A DNA stretch of 32,000 nt from Actinospica acidithermotolerans. Its GTDB lineage: Bacteria > Actinomycetota > Actinomycetes > Streptomycetales > Catenulisporaceae. The translations under genes were made by a program, and so were the position numbers. The notes below the pieces were generated by a model. That model was not told the DNA's origin, did not search any database, and saw nothing but the letters and a program-made list of their open reading frames with translations. The stretch covers positions 284-32,283 of the forward strand of contig NZ_JAGSOH010000027.1 in assembly GCF_018139625.1 (NCBI RefSeq), written 5' to 3'. Each line of letters starts with the position of its first letter. Positions within the stretch are counted from its first letter, which is position 1. Positions 16,767 to 24,423 of this stretch are shown here, in pieces.

Positions 16767-16871
16767 CTACATCTCACGTATTTCCAGGTAGCGCTTGAGG
16801 TCCGGGATGGACCGGATGATCACCGCCACCAGCGCGCCCAGCCCGATCACCTTGACCGCTCTGCCCAACAT
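16767..16871 (-). CDS. 34-aa single-TM small protein (MLGRAVKVIGLGALVAVIIRSIPDLKRYLEIREM), overlapping the 3' tail of the endopeptidase gene in another frame
   Basis: Hand translation; too short for the ORF track. ATG 16871 is preceded by GGAGGAG with a 5-nt spacer, and the TAG stop is at 16769-16767, 19 nt before hypC. It has a hydrophobic helix plus a basic amphipathic tail. I recall similar mini-proteins (labelled DUF6893) annotated in actinobacterial hydrogenase clusters; this is unverified. Confidence 0.55.
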   Translation of the reverse strand: MLGRAVKVIGLGALVAVIIRSIPDLKRYLEIREM

Positions 16872-17385
16872 CGCACTCCTCCTCGGGATGTGTTCGGTCA
16901 CCGCCCGGCAGCCGTGCGATCACGGCGTCGGCCGCAACGTCCACGGCGGCCTGCACCCGGCTGCTCAGCCCGATTCCCGGCTCCGACCGATCCGGTTCGC
17001 ACGTCACCACAATTGTCCGTCCGGCGTGGCCGCCGAGCGCGTCGAGCAGGCCGAGTACGGCGTCCGGGCCCATGTCGTGCGCGTCCATGAGCGGCGCGAA
17101 GCCGACCTCCCGCGCCGGGTTCTGCCGATGCTCGTCGCCCTGCTCGACCTCGATGACGCAGACGGTGCCCGGCGCCTCTCCGCGTTCCGCGGCGTCGATA
17201 AGGATCAGCAGTTCGACGCCGTCCAGCAGCTCGAACGCCAGGTGCACGCCGCGGATGCCGATGTCCGCCAACTCGACGCCGGACGGCAGCGGACGGTCGG
17301 CCAGGCGCCGCACGACCTCGACGCCGAAACCGTCGTCGCCGAGGAACACGTTGCCGAGACCGGCCACCAGCACCCGTCCGCTCAT
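16774..17385 (-). CDS. [NiFe]-hydrogenase maturation endopeptidase (HupD/HyaD/HybD family)
   Basis: The real start is ATG 17385 (MSGRVLVAGLGNVFLGDDGFGVEVV..), in frame in track ORF 16774-18171. The GNxxxGDDGxG and DAxxxG(x)PG motifs are typical of the family. It forms an ATGA overlap with the upstream gene stop. The last roughly 45 aa (GGDRTHPEEECDVGQSGQGDRAGRAGGG..) look like off-frame sequence of the small ORF. Confidence 0.85.
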   Translation of the reverse strand: MSGRVLVAGLGNVFLGDDGFGVEVVRRLADRPLPSGVELADIGIRGVHLAFELLDGVELLILIDAAERGEAPGTVCVIEVEQGDEHRQNPAREVGFAPLMDAHDMGPDAVLGLLDALGGHAGRTIVVTCEPDRSEPGIGLSSRVQAAVDVAADAVIARLPGGDRTHPEEECDVGQSGQGDRAGRAGGGDHPVHPGPQALPGNT

Positions 17386-18674
17386 ATCGGCGACCCCTCC
17401 GCGCTCGCCTCGAGCACCGGCTCGACCTCGTCGGGGGCGAAGTAGAGAAAGCGTCCGTGCATTCCGTGCAGGTCGGCGTCGGGGTCGTCCTGCGGGGTCA
17501 CCGCGAGGTGGACATTGCCGTCGACGTCGTGCAGCACGGCCTCCACGAGTGCCGGGCGGCCGGACAGGAACAGATCCTGGGCGTCGGCCCGCCGGCTTCC
17601 GGGCCGCATCACGACGGTGCTGCCGCGCGCGACCGGCACGCCGCCGATGACCACCTCGTCGGTTTCCGGTGAGACCGAGGCGTCGGTCTCCGGATCCCAC
17701 CAGGGGTCGGTGGTGACGAGGTGGGTCGGCGGCTCGGCTGACGGCGCGGGACGCGCGTGGTCGCTCGCCTCCCGTACGGAGCGGATGGCGCCGTGCAGCC
17801 GGTCCATGATCTCCGGGCTGAGCCCGTCGGCCCGGTCGATCACGGCGGCCGCCCGCGGGTCGGTGGCGCGCGCCTCGGCCTTCTCCTCGTCGGTCAGGGC
17901 GAGGGTGCGCAGCAGCAGGATCTCGTCGATCTCGGTGGAGTCGTACAGCTGCGCGGGACTCTCGGCTGCCACCTCCGCGTGGTCGTAGAGGATGATCGGC
18001 GAGACGAGCAGCAGGTCGCTGCGCGACTCGGGCCCGGCGAGCACCGGCCATCCGCCCTCGTTGACGCACTCTGCGACGTACCCCGCCGCCCAGCGGGGCG
18101 GATCGGTCGGCGAGAGGAACCTGCCGCCGGGAACCTCGACGATCACGTGCGCGGCGACCAGAGCGTGCCACAGCGCCTCCTGCCGTCCGCTCTGCTCGAT
18201 GACCTCGGTCGGCGTGGTGTTCGCGACGTCCAGGCGGAGTTTGAGGGCGCCGTACGGGCCCGGCAGGCGTGTCAGGTCTGCGCGGAGGAGGCCGTCGAGC
18301 TCAGCGCGCTGGACTCCGTCGCCGGCCGCGCTGAAGCCGACCGTCGCCTCCCCGTCGAGCAGCTCTGACGCCATGAACGTGAACCGCTGTTCCTGCTCCA
18401 CGCCTTCGTACCAGGACTGGCGGCGGTGCATCTGCAGGAAGCGCACGAGCACATGGAGCTCGCTGTCCTGCGCGCACTCGAGGACGCATTCCGCGTGAAG
18501 GGTCTTGCGCTCCGACGCGTCCGCGTATCCGGGTGGCATGAGCACGCCGAACTGGAAGCGCTGCTGGTTCTTCGTGGCGGAGGCACGGTAGGGGTACAGC
18601 AGGTATCCCTCGTAGAGGACGGCGTCGGCCAGCTCGCGCACCTGGTCCACCGCGGATCCGACACTGCTGGTCAT
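17382..18674 (-). CDS. conserved hydrogenase-cluster protein, 430 aa, function unknown
   Basis: The real start is ATG 18674 (MTSSVGSAVDQVRELADAVLYEGYLLYPYRAS..) with GGAGG 5-6 nt upstream. ATGA overlaps occur at both ends (18671-18674 and 17382-17385). It is acidic, with no TM helices and no motif I recognise. Confidence 0.75.
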   Translation of the reverse strand: MTSSVGSAVDQVRELADAVLYEGYLLYPYRASATKNQQRFQFGVLMPPGYADASERKTLHAECVLECAQDSELHVLVRFLQMHRRQSWYEGVEQEQRFTFMASELLDGEATVGFSAAGDGVQRAELDGLLRADLTRLPGPYGALKLRLDVANTTPTEVIEQSGRQEALWHALVAAHVIVEVPGGRFLSPTDPPRWAAGYVAECVNEGGWPVLAGPESRSDLLLVSPIILYDHAEVAAESPAQLYDSTEIDEILLLRTLALTDEEKAEARATDPRAAAVIDRADGLSPEIMDRLHGAIRSVREASDHARPAPSAEPPTHLVTTDPWWDPETDASVSPETDEVVIGGVPVARGSTVVMRPGSRRADAQDLFLSGRPALVEAVLHDVDGNVHLAVTPQDDPDADLHGMHGRFLYFAPDEVEPVLEASAEGSPI

Positions 18675-19309
18675 GGTGCCTCCTCGGCTCCGGCGAGCAA
18701 GGCTTCGAACGTGCTGTCCCAGGTGGGCAGCGCATTGACGGACTTGTACTTCAGCAGCGCGTCGAGGGTCTCGCGGTGCACGCGGATCCACGTCGTGTGC
18801 GGGAAGTGCGTGTCCACGAGCTCCTGCCACACGGCCACGGGCAGGCCGAAAGCGGCCTCCTTGCTCCACGGCACCTGCAGCACGCTCAACCGCCCGGCCG
18901 CCGTGCTGAACACCGTGCCGCTGAACAGCATGAGCAGCGGAACGACTCCCGATTCCAGGGAGTGGATATAGCGCGCCCAGCCGACTTCGAGGTCGTATGT
19001 GCAGGGCACCGGAAGATCGATCTCGACGCTTCCGGTGAAGCCCGGCACCATCGTGGAGACCGTCGCCAGCTGGATCGGCTTGAGGCTCTCCGCCCAGCGG
19101 GCCGGCTCGCCGAACAGGTCCCGCAGCCGCTCAGCCTCCGCGTCGGCGTAGCGCCGCTGCTGCGGCTGGATCCTGATCTGGGCGCGCAGCGCGATCGCGT
19201 CGATCTGCCGGCCGGTCGTCTCGCTGATCCGCAGGGTGAAGGTGAGCGTGGGCACGACCGCGTAGCGCTCGTTGCGGGCGCCGACGCAGTCGAAGACCAG
19301 CTCGCTCAT
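18671..19309 (-). CDS. conserved hydrogenase-cluster protein, 212 aa, function unknown (recalled label DUF6084; unverified)
   Basis: The real start is ATG 19309 (MSELVFDCVGARNERYAVVPTLTFTLRISE..), in frame in track ORF 18671-19846. ATGA overlaps occur at both ends. Confidence 0.75.
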   Translation of the reverse strand: MSELVFDCVGARNERYAVVPTLTFTLRISETTGRQIDAIALRAQIRIQPQQRRYADAEAERLRDLFGEPARWAESLKPIQLATVSTMVPGFTGSVEIDLPVPCTYDLEVGWARYIHSLESGVVPLLMLFSGTVFSTAAGRLSVLQVPWSKEAAFGLPVAVWQELVDTHFPHTTWIRVHRETLDALLKYKSVNALPTWDSTFEALLAGAEEAP

Positions 19310-19962
19310 ACGAGTTCCCGGGAACGTTCGGCGACCCTCGTGAAGAACTCCTCGATGTGCGCCTTGGCCTCGGCGCCGCCATCGAATCCGTGCCAGTCGA
19401 GCCGCATCGCGCCGACGAGCTCGTAGCAGGCGTCGACGGGGACCAGGCAGCATTGGACGCCGTCCTCGGTGCGCCGTACGAGGATGGCCTCGATCTCCGG
19501 TTCGGCGGCCGCGAGCAGCGGAAGTCCGGCGGCGAGCCGGTTCCAGGCGGCCAGGTCCAGCAGGCATTCGGTGGCCCCAGCCGGGCTCGGGTAGAACGCG
19601 GCGACCTCCCGGCCGGCCATGCCCTTGACGAAGAAGGCCATCCCGACCGGCACCTGGAGCTGCTCCCAGAGCGCGGCGGTGATCGGGTGCCGGGAGTCCG
19701 TCAGGTAGCGGTCCGGTACGGCGCGGAACCGGCCGCCGTTCCATTCGCCGGTGAACAGCAGGTAGCAGCCTCGGCACGTGCAGACGAGCTGCTGGTTGTG
19801 CCGGTCGACGACGTGGCCGTGCCGCGCCTCGACCGGCTCGTCGCACATGCCGCAGCGCTCCGAGGCGGGCTCACGTTCGGACTCGGGCTCGGTTCCGGGC
19901 CCGCGGCGGGCCGTCGACCCGGGCTCCGCCGAAGCCGTGAAACGGCTGAGCGCCCAGGTCAT
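19306..19962 (-). CDS. conserved Cys-rich hydrogenase-cluster protein, 218 aa, function unknown (recalled label DUF5947; unverified)
   Basis: The real start is ATG 19962 (MTWALSRFTASAEPG..). The Cys motif is CGMCDEPVEARHGHVVDRHNQQLVCTCRGCY. ATGA overlaps occur at both ends (19959-19962 and 19306-19309). Confidence 0.75.
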   Translation of the reverse strand: MTWALSRFTASAEPGSTARRGPGTEPESEREPASERCGMCDEPVEARHGHVVDRHNQQLVCTCRGCYLLFTGEWNGGRFRAVPDRYLTDSRHPITAALWEQLQVPVGMAFFVKGMAGREVAAFYPSPAGATECLLDLAAWNRLAAGLPLLAAAEPEIEAILVRRTEDGVQCCLVPVDACYELVGAMRLDWHGFDGGAEAKAHIEEFFTRVAERSRELV

Positions 19963-20822
19963 CGGACCGCCGGCTTCGGGATCGCGACGCGGGTGCCGTG
20001 ACTGTCGGAGAGCAGCGGAAGCGGGTCGAGGTGGAAGTCCCCGTCGTCGATGCAGCGTCCGGCCACGCGAACGTCGTAGCGGTGCCCGCAGCCGGGGCAC
20101 GTGAGGACGTCGCCGTTCTGCGCACCCGCGCTGACGGCGCCACCGCAGGCCGGGCAGCGGTCACGGTACGCGTAGAGCGTGCCGCGGAAGGAGCACAGCA
20201 CGAGCCGCATGCCCTCCACGTTGACGGCGGTCGGGCGGCCGGTCGGCGGACCCGCATCAGGCAGGGCTGCCCACGCGTCGCCTTCCGTGCCGTCGGTCGC
20301 GGCAGCCGCGCCGGGCGGCCCGGAGCCGATCTGCAGCAGCGCGGGGCCGGGGTCCGCCGCCATGCCCTCGACCTCGATCGCGCTGATCTCCGGCACGGCG
20401 TCGAGCAGGGCGTCCTCGATGGCGAGTTTCACCGTTTGCGCAGAGGAGGCGCAGCCGTTGCAGCTACCGGACAGCCTGAGCCGCGCCACCGCCGCCTCGT
20501 CGATGCCGAGGAACTCCACTCCCCCGGCATGCGAGCCCAGATACGGCCGGACCCGGTCGAGCGCGCGCTGCGCCCGCGTGCCGGCGTCGAGCGGGTGCAG
20601 GCCGTGCAGCAGGAGCAGCCCCTCGACCAGCGGATCCTCAGCCAGCTTCCCGACCAGCGCGGTATCCGCGGCGCCGACGACCGACACTACATGCTCCAGC
20701 CCCTCGCCGTAGAGCGCGAGGAGTTCGCGCACCAGCTCCTCGGCTGCCTCCCGCGCCGGGCCGGGCGGCAGCCCGCCGAGGATCTCCTCGATCCGCGCGC
20801 CCGCCTTCCGCACCCCGCTCAT
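19959..20822 (-). CDS. NifU-like Fe-S scaffold domain fused to a Rieske-fold-like Cys4 domain (hydrogenase accessory protein)
   Basis: The NifU C-terminal-type motif is LSGSCNGCASSAQTVKLAIEDAL. The C-terminal domain carries CPAC-x15-CPGCGH. I prefer ATG 20822 (GAGAGG 5 nt upstream, immediately after the hhyL stop) over the track GTG at 20828. Confidence 0.8.
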   Translation of the reverse strand: MSGVRKAGARIEEILGGLPPGPAREAAEELVRELLALYGEGLEHVVSVVGAADTALVGKLAEDPLVEGLLLLHGLHPLDAGTRAQRALDRVRPYLGSHAGGVEFLGIDEAAVARLRLSGSCNGCASSAQTVKLAIEDALLDAVPEISAIEVEGMAADPGPALLQIGSGPPGAAAATDGTEGDAWAALPDAGPPTGRPTAVNVEGMRLVLCSFRGTLYAYRDRCPACGGAVSAGAQNGDVLTCPGCGHRYDVRVAGRCIDDGDFHLDPLPLLSDSHGTRVAIPKPAVR

Positions 20823-20831
20823 GGGCACCTC

Positions 20832-22613
20832 TCAGGAGATCGTCCCCAGCGCGCCGGGGGTGTGCATCCGCTCGATCACCCGGCCGCCGCCGAGGTACAT
20901 GTGCACGCCGCACGGCAGGCAGGGGTCGAAGCTGCGCACCGCTCGCATGATGTCGATGCCCTTGAAGTCGTCCGGCGGGTTCTCCTCGAAGATCGGCGTG
21001 TTCTGCACCGCGTCCTCGTACGGTCCCGGGGTGCCGTAGACGTCGCGGACGCTGCCGTTCCACGGGGTCGGCGGGTACGGGTGGTAGTTGGCGATCTTGC
21101 CGTCGCGGATCACCATGTGGTGCGAGAGGACCCCGCGCACCGCCTCGGTGAAGCCGACGCTCTCGGCGTTCTCCGGCACCTGGAACGGCTCCCAGGTCCT
21201 GGTGTTGCCGGCCCGCACCTCGGCGAGGGCCTTGTCGACGAAGTGCAGCGCGGCCGCGGCGCAGTAGGCCTGGAAGTAGGTCCTGGCCCGGTTGCGCTCG
21301 ATCGCGTTGCTCCACCGCGGGATCTTCCACTCGAAGGTCACCGCCGGCTTGCTGACCGTGCGCGGCAGGTTGATCTCCACGCTGTGGCCGGTGGACCGGA
21401 CGTAGCCGCCGATGTCGACGAGGCCGCCGAGCGCGGTGGCCCACAGCCGGGCGATCGGGCCGCCGCCGGTGTCGCAGGCCAGGTAGTCGGTGCCGTCGAA
21501 CCAGCGCGGGGACATCGTCCAGCTGTACTTGTCGTCGAAGTCGCGCTTGGCCGGCCGCGGGATCGTGTGCTGGTTCCACGGGTGGCGGGCGTCGACCGGG
21601 TTGCCCAGGGCGTCGTGGGTGACGAACTTCTCCATGCCCTCCCAGTCCTCGTAGAAGGAGTGGCCGAGCAGGATCCTGATGCCCAGGTTGATGTCCACCA
21701 GGTTGTTGGTGACCAACTCGCCGTCGACCACGATCCCGGGGCTGACGAACATCTTCCGGCCCCACTGCTCCATCGTGCGGTAGTCGAAGTCGCAGTACTC
21801 GGGGTTGTTCAGCGAGCCCCAGCAGACCAGCTGGATGCGGCGTCGGCCGACCTCCTCGTAGCCGGGCATGGCCTCGTAGAAGAAGTCGAACAGGTCGTCG
21901 TGCAGCGGCACCACGCGCTTCATGAACTCGACGTAGCGCATGAGACGGGTCAGGTAGTCGGTGAACAGCTGGACCGTGGCGACCGTGCCGACGCCGCCGG
22001 GGTAGAGCGTGGACGGGTGCACGTGGCGCCCCTCCATCAGGCAGAACATCTCGCGGGTCATCCGGGAGACCTGCAGGGCCTCCTTGTAGAACTCGCCTTC
22101 GAGCGGGTTGAGCGCCCGCATGATGTCGCCGATGGTCCGGTAGCCGTGGTCGGCGGCGTGCGGGGCCTCGGTCCGGTTCGCCTGTTCGAGCACGCCGGGG
22201 TTGGTCTCGCCGACCATCTTGGCGCAGTAGTCCACGCCGACCAGGTTCTCCTGGAAGATGTTGTGGTCGAACATGTACTCCGCGGCCTCGCCCAGGTTGA
22301 TGATCCATTCGCCCAGGTGCGGCGGCGCGACCCCGTAGGCCATGTTCTGGCAGTACACGGAGCAGGTCGCGTGGTTGTCGCCGCAGATGCCGCAGATCCG
22401 GCTGGTGATGAAGTGCGCGTCGCGGGGGTCCTTGCCGCGCATGAAGATGCTGTAGCCGCGGAAGATCGACGAGGTGCTGTGGCATTCGACCACCCGCTTG
22501 GCGCCGAAGTCGATCTTCGTGTAGATCCCCAGGCTGCCCACAATCCTGGTGACCGGATCCCAGTTCATCTCCACGATCCGGCTCGTGTCCTTCTCGTCCT
22601 GGACGCTCGTCAT
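20832..22613 (-). CDS. hhyL: [NiFe]-hydrogenase large subunit, group 1h (actinobacterial high-affinity type)
   Basis: 593-aa ORF. The L1 motif is TSRICGICGDNHA and the L2 motif is SFDPCLPCGVHMY, followed by a C-terminal extension (MYLGGGRVIERMHTPGALGTIS) expected to be removed by the endopeptidase. GGAGGG lies 9 nt upstream of ATG 22613. Confidence 0.95.
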   Translation of the reverse strand: MTSVQDEKDTSRIVEMNWDPVTRIVGSLGIYTKIDFGAKRVVECHSTSSIFRGYSIFMRGKDPRDAHFITSRICGICGDNHATCSVYCQNMAYGVAPPHLGEWIINLGEAAEYMFDHNIFQENLVGVDYCAKMVGETNPGVLEQANRTEAPHAADHGYRTIGDIMRALNPLEGEFYKEALQVSRMTREMFCLMEGRHVHPSTLYPGGVGTVATVQLFTDYLTRLMRYVEFMKRVVPLHDDLFDFFYEAMPGYEEVGRRRIQLVCWGSLNNPEYCDFDYRTMEQWGRKMFVSPGIVVDGELVTNNLVDINLGIRILLGHSFYEDWEGMEKFVTHDALGNPVDARHPWNQHTIPRPAKRDFDDKYSWTMSPRWFDGTDYLACDTGGGPIARLWATALGGLVDIGGYVRSTGHSVEINLPRTVSKPAVTFEWKIPRWSNAIERNRARTYFQAYCAAAALHFVDKALAEVRAGNTRTWEPFQVPENAESVGFTEAVRGVLSHHMVIRDGKIANYHPYPPTPWNGSVRDVYGTPGPYEDAVQNTPIFEENPPDDFKGIDIMRAVRSFDPCLPCGVHMYLGGGRVIERMHTPGALGTIS

Positions 22614-22628
22614 CGCCGATCGCCCTCC

Positions 22629-23711
22629 TCACCAGGTCTTGTGGTAGCCGGTCAGCAGTTCGGGGCCCTTCCTGCGCCACTTGGGCTCCGCGTCGGCCGT
22701 CTTCGCGGTGAAGCCGCGCAGGGTGCGGATCACCGAGCCGTACAGGCCGGACGCCGTGGTCGAGACCCGGGCGCCGGGCGGCTCGTCCATGAACGGCATG
22801 AACTTGTCCGGGAAGCCGGGCATCGTGCAGGCGATGCAGATCCCGCCGACGTTCGGGCAGCCGCCGACGCCGTTGATCCAGCCGCGCTTGGGCACGTTGC
22901 ACTTCACCACCGGCCCCCAGCAGCCGAGCTTCACCAGGCACTTGGGCGAGTCGTACTCCCTGGCGAACTCGCCCTGCTCGTAGTAGCCGGCCCGGTCGCA
23001 GCCCTCGTGCACGGTGTTGCCGAACAGCCAGGTCGGCCGCAGCGCCTCGTCGAGCGGGATCATCGGCGCCTGCCCGGCCACCTGGTAGAGCAGGTAGAGG
23101 ATCGTCTCGGCGAGGTTGTCCGGGTGGGTCGGGCAGCCGGGCACGCACACGATCGGCAGGCCGGCCTTGGAGCGCCAGTCCCAGCCGAGGTAGTCGGGCA
23201 CGCCCATCGCGCCGGTCGGATTGCCGGACATGGCGTGGATGCCGCCGTACGTCGCGCAGGTGCCGACCGCGAGCACGCAGGTGGCCTTGGGCGCGAGCCG
23301 GTCGAGCCACTCGCTGGTGGTCATCGGCTGCCCGGTCTCCGGGTTGTTGCCGAAGCCGCACCAGTAGCCCTCCGGCTTGATCGCCTCGTTGGGGATGGAT
23401 CCCTCGACGACCAGGACGAAGGGCTCGAGCTCGCCGCGGTCCGCCTTGTGCCACCACTCGATGAAGGTATCGGCGCCCTGCTCGGGGCCGCACTCGTAGT
23501 CGATGAGCGGCCAGTGCACCGCGATCTTCGGCAGCCCGGGCAGCGCGCCGAGCGCGATCTCCTCGATGCTCGGCTGGGTGGCGGCGGTCAGCGCCACCGA
23601 GTCCCCGTCGCAGCCGAGGCCGCCGTTCATCCAGAGGATGTGCACCGGCTGCGCCGAGGCCTCCTCGGGCGCCGGAGCCGGCTGGGACGCGGATTCCGTG
23701 GCCGTGGTCAC
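22629..23711 (-). CDS. hhyS: [NiFe]-hydrogenase small subunit, group 1h, no Tat signal
   Basis: In frame in track ORF 22629-24590. The best start is GTG 23711 (VTTATESASQPAP..) with GAGG 8 nt upstream; the alternative is GTG 23720. Fe-S ligand blocks are WMNGGLGCDGDS, VGTCATYGG, VPGCPTHPDN and GGCPNVGGICIACTMPGFPDKF. There is no RRxFLK motif, which is consistent with group 1h. Confidence 0.9.
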   Translation of the reverse strand: MTTATESASQPAPAPEEASAQPVHILWMNGGLGCDGDSVALTAATQPSIEEIALGALPGLPKIAVHWPLIDYECGPEQGADTFIEWWHKADRGELEPFVLVVEGSIPNEAIKPEGYWCGFGNNPETGQPMTTSEWLDRLAPKATCVLAVGTCATYGGIHAMSGNPTGAMGVPDYLGWDWRSKAGLPIVCVPGCPTHPDNLAETILYLLYQVAGQAPMIPLDEALRPTWLFGNTVHEGCDRAGYYEQGEFAREYDSPKCLVKLGCWGPVVKCNVPKRGWINGVGGCPNVGGICIACTMPGFPDKFMPFMDEPPGARVSTTASGLYGSVIRTLRGFTAKTADAEPKWRRKGPELLTGYHKTW

Positions 23712-23820
23712 CGGGACCACCTCGGTTCGAAGAGATACTCCACCAAGGAGCGCTAACGGATTGTTTCGAATAACCCTATCTCCGTGCTCACCACCGCACA
23801 AGACGGAAAAGTCGGCGCCC

Positions 23821-23834
23821 GGACAGAACTGTCC
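23821..23834. promoter_or_regulatory. palindrome in the hhyS/regulator divergent intergenic region (candidate operator)
   Basis: GGACAG-aa-CTGTCC has perfect 6-bp arms. It sits in the 160-170 bp spacer between hhyS (start 23711) and the divergent HTH regulator. The adjacent 23745-23800 region is visibly less GC-rich. Confidence 0.3.
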
Positions 23835-23883
23835 TTCCGTGCCGCCCGTGCTGCATCCGGGCAGCTCGCGTATGCTCGCTGCT

Positions 23884-24423
23884 ATGGACCCGCAATCCGA
23901 CGAGAATGCGGAAAACGGGATCGAAGTAGTTCCCTTAGTCGTTCTTTCGCGGAATTTCCCGGCCCGGCCATCCGCGATTCCGGAAATCCGGGAATTCGTC
24001 CTGGCCGGCCTGGCGCGCTCGCCGCTCACCGAGCAGCAGGGCCGGGAGGTGGGCCGCGCGGTGCTGCGCGTGCTGCTCGAGGCGGCCGGCCGGTCCGGCG
24101 CCGTCCAGATCTCCTTCCGGATCTCCCGGGACCGCGTCGAGGTGGACGTGCTGCGCTCGGAGCCCGCCGTCGGCGAGGCCGGCGGCCTCGCGGACCTGGC
24201 GGCCTCGGCCGCCGCGGCCGGCCCGCGGCCGCGGCGCCCGGCGAGCTTCGCCGGGTGGATGGCGGACGCGCTGCGCCGCGCGGGGATGACCCGCGAGGAC
24301 GCGGCCCGGCAGCTCGGCGTCTCGGTGAAGACGGTCGGCCGGTGGATCGGCGGGGAGACGGAGCCGCGGCTGCGCGACCTGAGGCGGATCCAGGACCTGT
24401 TCGGCGAGGTGCCGTTCCCCTGA
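23884..24423 (+). CDS. two-domain regulator: N-terminal anti-sigma/HATPase_c_2-like (degenerate) domain and C-terminal XRE-type HTH
   Basis: In frame in track ORF 23503-24423. The HTH is MTREDAARQLGVSVKTVGRWIGGETEP. The N-terminal FPARPSAIPEIREFV...AVLRVLLEAAGRSG...VEVDV resembles RsbW-like ATP-binding proteins but lacks the usual SELvtNA Asn. The start is ATG 23884 or 23872. TATGCT (23871-23876) lies 7 nt before ATG 23884, which would fit a leaderless transcript. Confidence 0.65.
   Translation: MDPQSDENAENGIEVVPLVVLSRNFPARPSAIPEIREFVLAGLARSPLTEQQGREVGRAVLRVLLEAAGRSGAVQISFRISRDRVEVDVLRSEPAVGEAGGLADLAASAAAAGPRPRRPASFAGWMADALRRAGMTREDAARQLGVSVKTVGRWIGGETEPRLRDLRRIQDLFGEVPFP

Noticed and set aside
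19998-23756. 1252-aa plus-strand ORF and 951-aa minus-strand ORF (20638-23493) across hhyS and hhyL
   Set aside because: These are antisense or off-frame shadows of two unambiguous hydrogenase subunit genes. Their composition is dominated by Arg, Gly, Ala, Val, Asp and Pro.
23951-23997. Cluster of TTCCGGAA / GGAATTTCC-like palindromic motifs (cggaatttcccgg...attccggaaatccgggaattc)
   Set aside because: The cluster lies inside the regulator coding sequence (SRNFPARPSAIPEIREFV). The symmetry is imperfect and is explained by codon choice. It is not treated as an operator without further evidence.
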